Below are positions 8,543-17,670 of a DNA stretch of 64,000 bases, one piece after another (position 1 is the first letter of the stretch; each line of letters starts with the position of its first letter). The translations under genes and the position numbers were made by a program. The DNA is from Candidatus Zixiibacteriota bacterium. Lineage in GTDB: Bacteria > Zixibacteria > MSB-5A5 > WJJR01. The DNA lies in the NCBI GenBank assembly GCA_040752595.1, contig JBFMGX010000020.1, positions 21,622 through 85,621 on the forward strand, read 5' to 3'. The notes beneath the pieces were generated by a model. The model was not told the DNA's origin. It was given only the letters and a program-made list of their open reading frames with translations, and did no database searches.

Positions 8543-10288
8543 GTGCTGGTCTATTCGCGTCGCCATGGCTCCATCGAAATCCGTCCCGCCTGGGTGATCG
8601 GCATGCGGCTGGTCACGCTGGCGGTGACGGCGGCCGTGGCCCGCCCCCTGTGGACCGATGCGTCGCTCCATGCGTCGGTGCTGGTCTATGCCGGGATGAC
8701 GGCGGTGGCCGTGCTGGCGCTGCTGTCGTCGCGGCGCCGGCATCGGCCGATTCTTCTCCCCACGGCCCTGGCACTGCAGACCGTCTGCGAGATCCTCGTC
8801 ATCTCGCAGGTCGTCTATCTGACCGGGGGGCTGAGATCCCCCTCCCACTCACTGTACATGATGACGATCGTGTCGGCGGCGCTGTGCTTCCGACTGGCGG
8901 GGACACTGGTCGTGGCGGCGGTCGCATCGGCGTCGTTTGTGACGGCGATCTGGGTCGGGGCCGGACATCAGGCCGGCGTGCTCTGGTCGCGCGACTGGTT
9001 CGCCGCCATGCGTCAACTGTCCGACCAGGACTTCTATACGGTCTTCCTACGGCTGTGCATCTTCTTTCTCTGCGCGTTCGCGGGGGGATACCTCGCCGAA
9101 CGGCTTCACACCAAGGACAAAGCGCTGGCGCACACCTCCGAGGCGCTGCAACTGGCCAAATGGGAGACCGGGGACATTCTCAAGCATCTGCGCTCGGGGG
9201 TGCTGACGCTCGACATCGCCGGGCACATCGCCTATTTCAACCGCGCCGCCGAGGAGATTCTGGGGCTCACTGAGCGGCGTGTCCGCGGGCGGCCGATCCG
9301 CGAAATTCTCGGGGCGCATTACCCCGAACTCGCAGATCGGCTGGAGTGGGTGCTGGCCTCGCAACAGATGGACATCCGCACCGAGCTTCTGCTGCGACGA
9401 CCCGATGGCCGGGTCATCCCGGTCGGGCTCTCTACATCAGTCCTCAGTGGGACCGGCGGTCGACCGCGCGGCGTGATCGCGGTCTTTGCCGATCTGACCG
9501 AGGCGAAGCAACTGGAGGAACGGGCACGGCGGCAGGATCGGCTGGCCGCCGTGGGTGAGCTTTCCGCCGCCATCGCCCATGAGATTCGCAACCCCCTGGC
9601 GGCGATCTCCGGCTCGGTGGAGGTGCTGCGGAGCGAGTTGGATGTCGCCGATGAAAACCGCAAGTTGCTCGAGTTGATCATCGCCGAGTCGGCGCGTCTC
9701 AACAAAATTCTCAGCGACTTTCTGCTCTATGCCCGTCTCAGTCCGGTCGTCACGGGCCGGGTCTGTGTGGCGACGGCGTTGGACGAGGTGCTGGAGATCG
9801 CGCGTCGGCATTTCCGTCGCAATGACGGATCGCCTCCGGTCGATCTGCGCACCGACGTCGCCGACCGCGCGCTGACCGTCGCGGCCGACCCCGACCACCT
9901 CAAGCAGATGCTGATCAACCTTGTCTTCAACGCCGTCGAGGCGTGCGCGGACAGACCGTGTACCGTGACTGTCCGCGTGCGCAGCTTGGGTCCGACACCA
10001 GAGTGGTCGAGCTTCCGTGAACCCGTGGCGGGCAATGGCGACGATTGGGTGACGATTGCGGTCGTCGACAACGGCGGCGGGATTCCCGATTCGGTCATGG
10101 AACGGCTCTATGAGCCGTTTGTCTCCTCGAAGCCGAGCGGGACAGGGCTGGGGCTGGCGATTGTGAAACGCCTGGTCGACAGCGCCGGCGGCCGCATCCA
10201 TGCCGAAAGCACCCCCGGCCTCGGCACGACCTTCACGGTTCACCTCAAACGCTGCCCGATGGTCGCGCCGACGCGGGCCGCGGTCTAA
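8543..10288 (+). CDS. PilS-like membrane sensor histidine kinase (multi-TM, PAS, HisKA, HATPase)
   Basis: The N-terminal ~190 aa are hydrophobic (about 6 helices). PAS-like GHIAYFNRAAEEILGL, H-box AAIAHEIRNPLAAISG, N-box LINLVFNAVEA, and G-boxes DNGGGIP and GTGLGLAIV. Confidence 0.8.
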   Translation: MLVYSRRHGSIEIRPAWVIGMRLVTLAVTAAVARPLWTDASLHASVLVYAGMTAVAVLALLSSRRRHRPILLPTALALQTVCEILVISQVVYLTGGLRSPSHSLYMMTIVSAALCFRLAGTLVVAAVASASFVTAIWVGAGHQAGVLWSRDWFAAMRQLSDQDFYTVFLRLCIFFLCAFAGGYLAERLHTKDKALAHTSEALQLAKWETGDILKHLRSGVLTLDIAGHIAYFNRAAEEILGLTERRVRGRPIREILGAHYPELADRLEWVLASQQMDIRTELLLRRPDGRVIPVGLSTSVLSGTGGRPRGVIAVFADLTEAKQLEERARRQDRLAAVGELSAAIAHEIRNPLAAISGSVEVLRSELDVADENRKLLELIIAESARLNKILSDFLLYARLSPVVTGRVCVATALDEVLEIARRHFRRNDGSPPVDLRTDVADRALTVAADPDHLKQMLINLVFNAVEACADRPCTVTVRVRSLGPTPEWSSFREPVAGNGDDWVTIAVVDNGGGIPDSVMERLYEPFVSSKPSGTGLGLAIVKRLVDSAGGRIHAESTPGLGTTFTVHLKRCPMVAPTRAAV

Positions 10289-10371
10289 GGAGGACGGACA
10301 TTCTTGTCTGTCCAGGACAGGCAGGGTCACGTTAGGCGACCGAGAATGCCTGTCCTCCTGACGTCACCGAT

Positions 10372-10486
10372 GCGGACAGGGGGCTTTCAGCCCCCTGATG
10401 GTGGGTCCAGAGGATCCACCCTACAATTGGCCGTTGAGGACAGGGAGCTTCCAGCCCCCTGATGGCGGGCAAAGCCCGCCCTACAA
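10372..10486. repeat. Tandem duplication of a composite hairpin unit (families F1 + F2)
   Basis: gcggacagggggctttcagccccctg plus ggtgggtccagaggatccaccctacaa (10372-10426), repeated as gaggacagggagcttccagccccctg plus ggcgggcaaagcccgccctacaa (10436-10486). Confidence 0.85.
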
Positions 10487-10507
10487 TCCGACAACACACG
10501 TTCCCCT

Positions 10508-10617
10508 GTCATCCCGAGTGAAGCACGGCCCGGAGGGTCGGGCGAAACGAGGGATCTGCTTTCCACGCCTTGGTAAGATCGAAGAAACAGCAGATCCCTC
10601 GCTGCGCTCGGGATGAC
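10508..10617. repeat. ~110-bp palindromic element, family F4 (GTCATCCCGAGCG...GGGATCTGCT // AGCAGATCCCTC...CGGGATGAC)
   Basis: Left arm gtcatcccgag...gagggatctgct and right arm agcagatccctcgctgcgctcgggatgac, read directly. Related copies at 21717, 24413, 31711, 34090, 36634 and 63822. Confidence 0.85.
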
Positions 10618-10846
10618 AGAATGGTGGGTACAAGCGAGACCGTGCGTATGTTGCAGACTACGCGATGAGGTCTTTGGAGGTGCGGGTCAGCCCTTCAGGG
10701 TGAATCCTTCAGGATGAACCCTTGGGCTGACCTTCGGACCCAACGGGTCCGAGAGAGCACAGCCGCCGGCGCAAGACATCGCCCGCTTGCGCGGGCGAAC
10801 GTCAGCCCAAGGGCTGACGGGCACATGAAGTTCCGAATCGACGATG

Positions 10847-11326
10847 CTATTGCTTCGGCAGATTGCTGACGATGTCCTGGCTTTGGGAAACGAGGTTCTG
10901 GAATCTCGCAACAAATCCGTTCCGTCGATCCCTCACCTGTTGCGGTTGTTGCGGTTGTGCGCTCTGCGCCCATTGCTCGTTGCCCCTCGCTTCACGACAT
11001 GCGGAACGGACGTTTTGGAAGAAATCAACCAACTGCGCACGATACGATTCCTGCTTCAGGAGAAACAACCATCCGCGATTCGACTCGAAGCGAAACGTCG
11101 CACTATCAATGTCGTCGAGGGAGCCGAACGGAATGTACTGAAGATTCGGCACGTCCTTGGTGATTTGTGCAATCGTCCTCGCAATGGTATCGCTCTCTCT
11201 CTTGATCAGCTCCCTGAACAGCCGTTTGGATCGCCAATCTCCGATCTTGAGGCGCAGGAATTCCATAGCAAGACTCACAAACAGGGCCAAGACCGCCCCG
11301 AGAACCACATGCCACGTTTGTTCCAT
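10847..11326 (-). CDS. Hypothetical single-pass membrane protein (orphan, visibly lower GC)
   Basis: 159-aa ORF, 28 nt downstream of the sigma-54 activator stop on the same strand. Has an N-terminal hydrophobic helix VVLGAVLALFVSLAMEFL and non-GC-biased composition (K/Q/F/S rich). No family recognised. Confidence 0.4.
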   Translation of the reverse strand: MEQTWHVVLGAVLALFVSLAMEFLRLKIGDWRSKRLFRELIKRESDTIARTIAQITKDVPNLQYIPFGSLDDIDSATFRFESNRGWLFLLKQESYRAQLVDFFQNVRSACREARGNEQWAQSAQPQQPQQVRDRRNGFVARFQNLVSQSQDIVSNLPKQ

Positions 11327-11353
11327 CCGTATCCTCCTTCCCTGTATCTACTG

Positions 11354-12823
11354 CTACAACCCATACTCCCTGATCTTCCGGTACAGCGTTCGCGTGCCGA
11401 TGCCGAGGAGACGGGCGGCCCGGGAACGGTTGCCGTGGGATTCCTTCAGGGCCAAAGCGATGCGGTCGCGCTCGACCTGCTTCATCGAGGCGAAGTCGGC
11501 GTCCTCTGAGTCGCCGGAGGACAGCAATCTCAAGCGGTCGACACGGCGCTTGAGATACTCAAGATCGCGCTTGAGTTCGGAGAGGGCGGCAAAGATCATC
11601 TCGCGTTCGACATTCTCGGCGCGACGGCCGGTCACGACGGGGAGATTGAGGGGTGTGCGGACGGTTTCCAAGAGCGTCCCGACGTGATCGGCATTCAGAA
11701 CGTCGTTCGGATGCCCCTCGCGGGTTCCGCTCGGGATAAACCGCACCTGCGCGCGTTCGATGAAGTTGCGCAGCTCGCGGACGTTCCCCGGCCAATCGTA
11801 GTCGAGCAGGCGGACCAGCGCGGATTCATCGAGGCGGTCGATCAGTCGCGACGGCGGTCTGCCGGCGGCCAGATGATGCGCCAGCAGCGCGGGGACATCG
11901 CTGGGGCGCTCGCGCAGGGGACGCAGCGTCAACTGCACCACGGCCAGGCGATAGTACAGATCCTGCCGGAAGGCACCTTCGATAACGGTGCGTCCCAGGT
12001 CGCGGTTGGTCGCCGCGACGATGCGGAAATCGACTGGGATCGCCTTCGTGGCGCCGATCGGCCGGACCTGACGTTCCTCCAGCACACGCAAGAGGCGCGC
12101 CTGCAACGACGGTTTGGTTTCGCCGATTTCATCGAGGAAGATCGTCCCGCCCTCGACCGCCTCGAAGATCCCCTTCTTGCGGCCGAAGGCATCGGTGAAG
12201 GCGCCCTTCTCATGGCCGAAGAGTTCGCTTTCCAGCAACGTCTCGGGAAAGGCGGTGCAGTTGAGCGCCAGAAATGCCTTCCCGGCGCGGGGGCTGTTGT
12301 TGTGGAGGGCGCGTGCCGCCAACTCCTTGCCGGTTCCCGATTCGCCCTCGATCAACACAGTCGTGTCGGAGCGCGATGCGGCCAAAAGCAAATCGGAGGC
12401 GGCGCGCAACGATTGCGACAATCCAACCCAGCCACACCGGGCAACGTGCTCGCGGTCGGCGAGGATCGCGCCGATGCGCGACCGCAGACGCGCCGGTTCA
12501 CAGGAGCGCATTACGGCCGCGGCAAGACCCCAGCGATCATGCACGGCGTCCTCCGGCGATCCCAGCTCTTCACCGGCCACGAGAATGTCCGCGATAGGAG
12601 CCCGCAGACGCAACTTCACGGCAAGCTGGTCGGTTGACAGGCCGCCACCCGTGGGGTCAATCAGGAGGACATCGGGTGCGCCGTCGGCGAGCCGACGCAA
12701 TGCCGTCAGAAAACCATCGACCGCGGTGTGCGTGCCGCCGAGCGGTTGGAGCGCTTCACGCCACGATCGCGACAGTTCGCCATCCGCGGTGATGGTCAGG
12801 AATTGGGGATGAATCTCCGGCAT
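11354..12823 (-). CDS. Sigma-54-dependent transcriptional activator (divergent receiver-like N-terminus, AAA+, Fis HTH)
   Basis: [30 protein letters not shown], the [11 protein letters not shown] motif, and a C-terminal [24 protein letters not shown]. Start trimmed to ATG 12823 (MPEIHPQF). The ORF-track extension to 13054 runs through repeat F5. Confidence 0.85.
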   Translation of the reverse strand: MPEIHPQFLTITADGELSRSWREALQPLGGTHTAVDGFLTALRRLADGAPDVLLIDPTGGGLSTDQLAVKLRLRAPIADILVAGEELGSPEDAVHDRWGLAAAVMRSCEPARLRSRIGAILADREHVARCGWVGLSQSLRAASDLLLAASRSDTTVLIEGESGTGKELAARALHNNSPRAGKAFLALNCTAFPETLLESELFGHEKGAFTDAFGRKKGIFEAVEGGTIFLDEIGETKPSLQARLLRVLEERQVRPIGATKAIPVDFRIVAATNRDLGRTVIEGAFRQDLYYRLAVVQLTLRPLRERPSDVPALLAHHLAAGRPPSRLIDRLDESALVRLLDYDWPGNVRELRNFIERAQVRFIPSGTREGHPNDVLNADHVGTLLETVRTPLNLPVVTGRRAENVEREMIFAALSELKRDLEYLKRRVDRLRLLSSGDSEDADFASMKQVERDRIALALKESHGNRSRAARLLGIGTRTLYRKIREYGL

Positions 12824-12950
12824 TCGCAATGCCCCTGCTTGACGCCTGCGACGTTGTGATGATAGGCGTTGGAGGGGGTGATTGGCAAATCGGGAGTTGG
12901 GCTTGTTCCACGACTCCCGTGGCCGACGGATGCCGTGGAACGGAGACAAT

Positions 12951-13041
12951 TCCCTCACCCGCCTGCCTGCGGCGGGCGACCTCTCCCGTAGGGAGAGGTT
13001 ACCATTCCCCCTCGCCCTCCGGGAGAGGGTTGGGGTGAGGG
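12951..13041. repeat. Family F5 imperfect palindrome (TCCCTCACCC...GACCTCTCCC...GGGAGAGGTTA...GGGGTGAGGG)
   Basis: Read directly. Homologous copies at 27737-27852 and 61749-61868. Lies between the rnr stop and the activator start. Confidence 0.85.
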
Positions 13042-13069
13042 AAGCCATGGCCAACTGGTGGACGTGTAA

Positions 13070-15256
13070 TCAGCTTCGGTGGTGCGGGCGTCGGTGCATG
13101 GAGTGTCTGGCGGTGGTTGCCGCCGGGGAATCGGCGAGGACCAGATCGATCTCCCGCCGTTCGGCGTCGGTGCGAACCAGACGCACCCGAACCTGATCGC
13201 CGAGCCGGAACGTGCGGCCGCGACGGCGCCCCTTCACGCGCCAGCGCTCTTTTTCCCAGGTGTAGTAGTCGTCATCGATCCCGGAGAAGCGCACCAGCCC
13301 ATCGGCGCCGATCCCCGACAGGGTCACGAAGAAGCCGAATTCGAGGAAGCCGGAGATGATGCCGACGAACTCGTCACCGAGATGCGACGAGAGGTACTCC
13401 AGTTGCTTGATGCGCACCGATTCGCGTTCGGCCTCCTCGGCGAGACGTTCGCGTTCGGAGGTCTGCCGTCCGATCGCCGGTAGCGCGGCGCGCGCCGTGT
13501 GCTGAGCCGCCGTCCTCCAACTTCCGGTGGTGATCCGCTTCAGGTGGCGATGGACCCAGAGATCGGGGTAGCGACGGATCGGCGAGGTGAAGTGGGCATA
13601 GTGCGGGAAGGCAAGCCCGAAGTGGCCGATGTTCTCGGGTTGATAGACGGCCTTCATCAAAGAACGCAGCAGGATCTGGTGGATCATTTCCTTGCGCGGA
13701 TCGTCCTGAACCGAGTCGAGGAAGCGCGACAGCTTGCGCGAGGTCACCGTCTCTTCGGCGGAGAATCGAAAACCGAGCGTCTCCACGAATCCCGCGAATT
13801 CCGCCATCTTCTCCGGCGCGGGCGGGGCATGGACGCGGTACAGGCAGGGGAGGTTTCGCCGGAGGAAACGGTGCGCGGCGCACTGATTGGCCACGAGCAT
13901 GAACTCCTCGATCAACTGCGTGGCGTCATTGGCGTGACGCAACTCGATGCGCTCGGGGCGACCATCCTGGTCGAGGATCACCTTGGGCTCGGGGACCTCG
14001 AGATCGAGACTGCCATTGGCAAAGCGACGCTGCCGCAGGAGCTGCGACAGCCCGCGCATGTCGTCCAGCGTCAGGGCGAGCGGCGCGATCGTCCGGCTTT
14101 TCTTTCCCGCCGCGAAATAGTCCATCACGGCATCGTAGCTGAGCTTGGCGCGGGAGTGGATCACGCTCTCGCAGAACTCATAACGCACGATCTCACCGGC
14201 ATCGGTCAGATCGATCAAACAACTGACGGTGAGGCGGTCGCGCCGCGGCCGGAGACTGCACAGGTCATTGGACAGCCGTTCCGGGAGCATGGGAATCACG
14301 CGGTCCACGAGATAGACGGAGGTGCCGCGGTCGTAGGCCTCGCGGTCGAGCGCACCTGCTTCCGGAACATAGTGGCCGACATCGGCGATGTGCACGCCGA
14401 GACGCCAGTGACGGCCATGACGCTCCAGCGAGACCGCATCGTCATGATCTTTGGCGTCGGCCGGGTCGATCGTGAACGTGGTCAGGTCGCGGAGATCCTC
14501 GCGCCCGCGCAACACGGAAGGGGAGAGGTCGCCCTCACAGGCGCGGGCCTCCGCCAGGGCCTCGGCGGGGAAGCGGCGCGGCAGTTGATATGCTCCGATA
14601 ATACGTTCGATATCCACACCGGGCTCATCGGGGAAGCCGAGCACGTCGGTGATCTTCCCGGAGGGCGTGGCGTCAGGCGACGCCCATTCTGTGATCTGCA
14701 CGACCACTTGTTGGCCGACCGTCGCGCCCTTGGCCGCGCTCGGGGGGACATGGATTTCGCGCAACGGGTGGGGGGCATCGGGAACGACATAGGAGAAATG
14801 CCGCGCCTGATGATAGATGCCGACGATCGGTTTGTTGCCGCGCGCCAGTATCTTGATGATCGCCCCTTCCGGACTGGGGCCATCGCGCTCGGCGTGGAGA
14901 CGAACCAGCACACGGTCGCCATCGAGCGCGGTCATTCGATCGTGAGGACGGATGAAGACCTCCTGCGGCAGCGGCGCGGCCGGGTCGATGGGCTCCGCAT
15001 CGAGGCGGCAGAACATGTGGGCGCCGCGGCGTACTGCGGCGGTGCCGACCACGAGGTTCAACGGCTTTGGTGGTGCCAAACGTCCACGCTTGAGGCGTAC
15101 GAGTCGGCCCTGGGCGACCAACGACTTGACGGCGGTACGAAACGCGGAGTAGTCCCGCTCGGTGATTCCCATCGCGCGCGCCAACTCGCGCGCGCGGACA
15201 GGGCGACCGATCTGATCGGCGAGGAAACGGATGATGCGGTCGGCATCAGCGTGCAT
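13070..15256 (-). CDS. rnr: Ribonuclease R (RNB family 3'-5' exoribonuclease with C-terminal S1 domain)
   Basis: The RNB motifs HIADVGHYV and DRVIPMLPERLSNDLCSL, plus an S1-like C-terminus (FVGIISGFLEFGFFVTL). Start trimmed to ATG 15256 (MHADADRIIRF). Confidence 0.9.
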   Translation of the reverse strand: MHADADRIIRFLADQIGRPVRARELARAMGITERDYSAFRTAVKSLVAQGRLVRLKRGRLAPPKPLNLVVGTAAVRRGAHMFCRLDAEPIDPAAPLPQEVFIRPHDRMTALDGDRVLVRLHAERDGPSPEGAIIKILARGNKPIVGIYHQARHFSYVVPDAPHPLREIHVPPSAAKGATVGQQVVVQITEWASPDATPSGKITDVLGFPDEPGVDIERIIGAYQLPRRFPAEALAEARACEGDLSPSVLRGREDLRDLTTFTIDPADAKDHDDAVSLERHGRHWRLGVHIADVGHYVPEAGALDREAYDRGTSVYLVDRVIPMLPERLSNDLCSLRPRRDRLTVSCLIDLTDAGEIVRYEFCESVIHSRAKLSYDAVMDYFAAGKKSRTIAPLALTLDDMRGLSQLLRQRRFANGSLDLEVPEPKVILDQDGRPERIELRHANDATQLIEEFMLVANQCAAHRFLRRNLPCLYRVHAPPAPEKMAEFAGFVETLGFRFSAEETVTSRKLSRFLDSVQDDPRKEMIHQILLRSLMKAVYQPENIGHFGLAFPHYAHFTSPIRRYPDLWVHRHLKRITTGSWRTAAQHTARAALPAIGRQTSERERLAEEAERESVRIKQLEYLSSHLGDEFVGIISGFLEFGFFVTLSGIGADGLVRFSGIDDDYYTWEKERWRVKGRRRGRTFRLGDQVRVRLVRTDAERREIDLVLADSPAATTARHSMHRRPHHRS

Positions 15257-15365
15257 GGACAGCGGAGTCTCCGGGTGGCACGGACAAACCCTCAGGGACC
15301 AACGCCCCTGAGGGCTTGTGCGTGGCACACCGATGGGTCGAACGAGGTCTTTGTGCCATGGTCTT

Positions 15366-15390
15366 GGTCAGGAGCACAGGGCTCCTGACC
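15366..15390. repeat. Hairpin GGTCAGGAGC-n4-GCTCCTGACC (family F6)
   Basis: Perfect 10-bp stem just downstream of the mreB stop. Related hairpins at 32484-32506 and 62299-62319. Confidence 0.7.
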
Positions 15391-15426
15391 TACGAATGCA
15401 GGAGAAGCCAAGGCGTTCCGCGCCCG

Positions 15427-16455
15427 TCAGTCGCGGCGGCTGCGCATCAGCACCTTGCTGTACTGGCCCATGTTTTCGAGCACCTTGCCGGTGCCGCGCA
15501 CGACGCAGGTCAGCGGATCATCGGCGACAATGACCGGGAGATTGGTTTCTTGGCGCAGGCGTTTGTCGAGCCCGCGCAAGAGCGCGCCGCCGCCGGTGAG
15601 GATGATGCCGCGATCGAGGATGTCGGCGGACAATTCCGGTGGAGTGCGTTCCAGCGACTGGCGGACCGCTTCGACGATCGCATCGACCGGCTCGGAGAGC
15701 GCTTCGCGCACCTGGACGGATGAGAGCTTCATCGTCTTGGGCACGCCGGCGATGAGGTCGCGTCCCTTGATCTCCGTCGACTCCTCGCGGTCCAGCGCGA
15801 ACGCCGACCCGACGCGGACCTTGATGTCCTCGGCGGTCAGCTCGCCGATTAGAATGTTGTAGTTCTTCTTCAGGTAGAGGACGATGGCCTCGTTCATTTC
15901 GTCGCCCGCAATGCGGATCGACATGTTGTTGACGATTCCGGACAGGGCGATCACCGCGATCTCGGAGGTGCCGCCGCCGACGTCGATCACCATGTTCCCG
16001 GAGGGTTGGTCGACCGGGAGGCCGACGCCGATGGCCGCTGCCATCGGCTCCTGCAAAAGGTAGACCTCGCGGGCACCGGCGTTTTCCGCCGAGTCGCGGA
16101 CGGCGCGCTTTTCCACCTCGGTGATTCCGGAGGGGACCGAGACCACGACCTTCGGCTTCATCAAGTACCGGTGACGGACGACGCGGCGGATGAAGTCCGA
16201 GAGGAGTTTCTCGGTGATTTCGAAGTCGGCGATGACGCCATCCTTGAGCGGCCGCACGGCGCGGATTGCCTCGGGTGTGCGTCCCAGCATCTCCTTGGCG
16301 GCGGCGCCGACGGCCAGGATGCGTCCGGTCGAGACCTCGGTGGCGACGACCGACGGTTCGTTGAGTACGATCCCGACGCCGCGGACCCACACCAGAGTAT
16401 TGGCGGTACCGAGGTCGATGCCGATGTCGCTGGAAATCAGATCGAAGAGTCCCAC
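15427..16455 (-). CDS. mreB: Rod-shape-determining actin homolog MreB
   Basis: 342 aa. DIGIDLGTANTLVW, VIDVGGGTSEIAV and GIILTGGGALLRGLD are canonical MreB/actin-fold motifs. Confidence 0.95.
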   Translation of the reverse strand: MGLFDLISSDIGIDLGTANTLVWVRGVGIVLNEPSVVATEVSTGRILAVGAAAKEMLGRTPEAIRAVRPLKDGVIADFEITEKLLSDFIRRVVRHRYLMKPKVVVSVPSGITEVEKRAVRDSAENAGAREVYLLQEPMAAAIGVGLPVDQPSGNMVIDVGGGTSEIAVIALSGIVNNMSIRIAGDEMNEAIVLYLKKNYNILIGELTAEDIKVRVGSAFALDREESTEIKGRDLIAGVPKTMKLSSVQVREALSEPVDAIVEAVRQSLERTPPELSADILDRGIILTGGGALLRGLDKRLRQETNLPVIVADDPLTCVVRGTGKVLENMGQYSKVLMRSRRD

Positions 16456-16462
16456 GGTGTCC

Positions 16463-17419
16463 CTATGCTTCCTGCTCCGGTGTCGCGCGGCGATGGCCGA
16501 AGTAGATATGGCGATTGATGAGATTCACATAGTCACTCCAGTCACGATCCCCGGTCTTCTCGGCGATGTGACGCAGTGCCCCCATCTTCGAGTCCAACTC
16601 GTCCGCATAGTAGAGGACGAACGCCTCCGGCGTCTGGGGCACGATCGGCGAGCCATACTCCAATCCACCCTGGTGCGAGACGATCAGATGGCGGAGTACG
16701 CGTTCCAATCCGGCGGGGAATCCGTCGAGGGCACGAATGGCCGTGGCCACGCGGAAATCGCCGGTGTTGATGTGGCCGATCAGGCGACCCGCGTCGGAAT
16801 AGTCGATCAGGGCACTGACTTCGTACTGCTCGATCTTGCCGATATCATGCAAGAGTGCGCCGCAGACCAGAAGGTCGCGGTCGAGATCGGGATACAGGGA
16901 GACGGTGAATTCGCAGAGGCGCGCCATGTTCAAGGAGTGCTCCGCCAGCCCGCCGATCGTGTCATGATGCCACAGTTTTCCCGCCGGGGCGGAGAGGTAC
17001 TGTGATCGGAGCGGTTCTTCACACAAGAGCTTTGCGAGCAGCGCGCGCAGATGAGGGTTGCTCAACGAATCGATGAACCGGTCGAGCTCGCGGGCCAATA
17101 CTGCCGGTTCAACCGGGGACCGGGGCAGGAAATCCTCGGGTCGGACCTCCTGTGTTTGAGCGGGGCGGATCCTCTCGACGCGAATCTGCGGGCGATCTCG
17201 GTATGTGCCGACGACACCGCGTACTTTCACCGGCCACCCGACCACGAGATCGTCGATGACGTCGTTGAATCCCTCCCACATCACGCCATCGATACGCCCG
17301 GAACGATCACCGAATTCGAGGGCGAGACGTTCACCGCCCTGGAATTCGCGCCGTTCGATCTTGCGCAGGGCAAAGAAGCCCTCCACATGCTCACCCGGAA
17401 CCAATTCACGAATGGTCAT
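16463..17419 (-). CDS. OB-fold + HD-domain protein (YhaM-like 3'-5' exoribonuclease family)
   Basis: N-terminal OB-like region (FALRKIERREF...VKVRGVVGTYRDRPQIRVERI) and an HD motif (LAEHSL...GALLHDIGKIEQY). Confidence 0.7.
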   Translation of the reverse strand: MTIRELVPGEHVEGFFALRKIERREFQGGERLALEFGDRSGRIDGVMWEGFNDVIDDLVVGWPVKVRGVVGTYRDRPQIRVERIRPAQTQEVRPEDFLPRSPVEPAVLARELDRFIDSLSNPHLRALLAKLLCEEPLRSQYLSAPAGKLWHHDTIGGLAEHSLNMARLCEFTVSLYPDLDRDLLVCGALLHDIGKIEQYEVSALIDYSDAGRLIGHINTGDFRVATAIRALDGFPAGLERVLRHLIVSHQGGLEYGSPIVPQTPEAFVLYYADELDSKMGALRHIAEKTGDRDWSDYVNLINRHIYFGHRRATPEQEA

Positions 17420-17670
17420 GGTTGTGGTCCGCTCACGGTGGTGGCCATCCCGTTAAACTCGCTCCCCCCCAACGGGTTCCACCGCCAGGCGAACAACTTT
17501 CCCTCAGGACGCTATGAAAGTCAAGCGGAAAGGACCAGGTCCCGGCTGCTGAGTCGTCCGCGCCAAACCCTGAATGCTTGTCGCCGACGGTCGAGGAGAG
17601 CGTCCATCGGAGTCATTGGCTCAGCCGGTATGCGCTGTTGGGGAGCGGTGCGCGATTCTATATTCCCGCC

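Noticed and set aside
10372-10486. Regularly spaced hairpin repeats considered as a CRISPR array. Other hairpin clusters were considered the same way.
   Set aside because: There are only two units. The repeats are of two alternating kinds, the spacers are a few nt long, and the same hairpins are dispersed singly across the window in both orientations. No cas genes are present.
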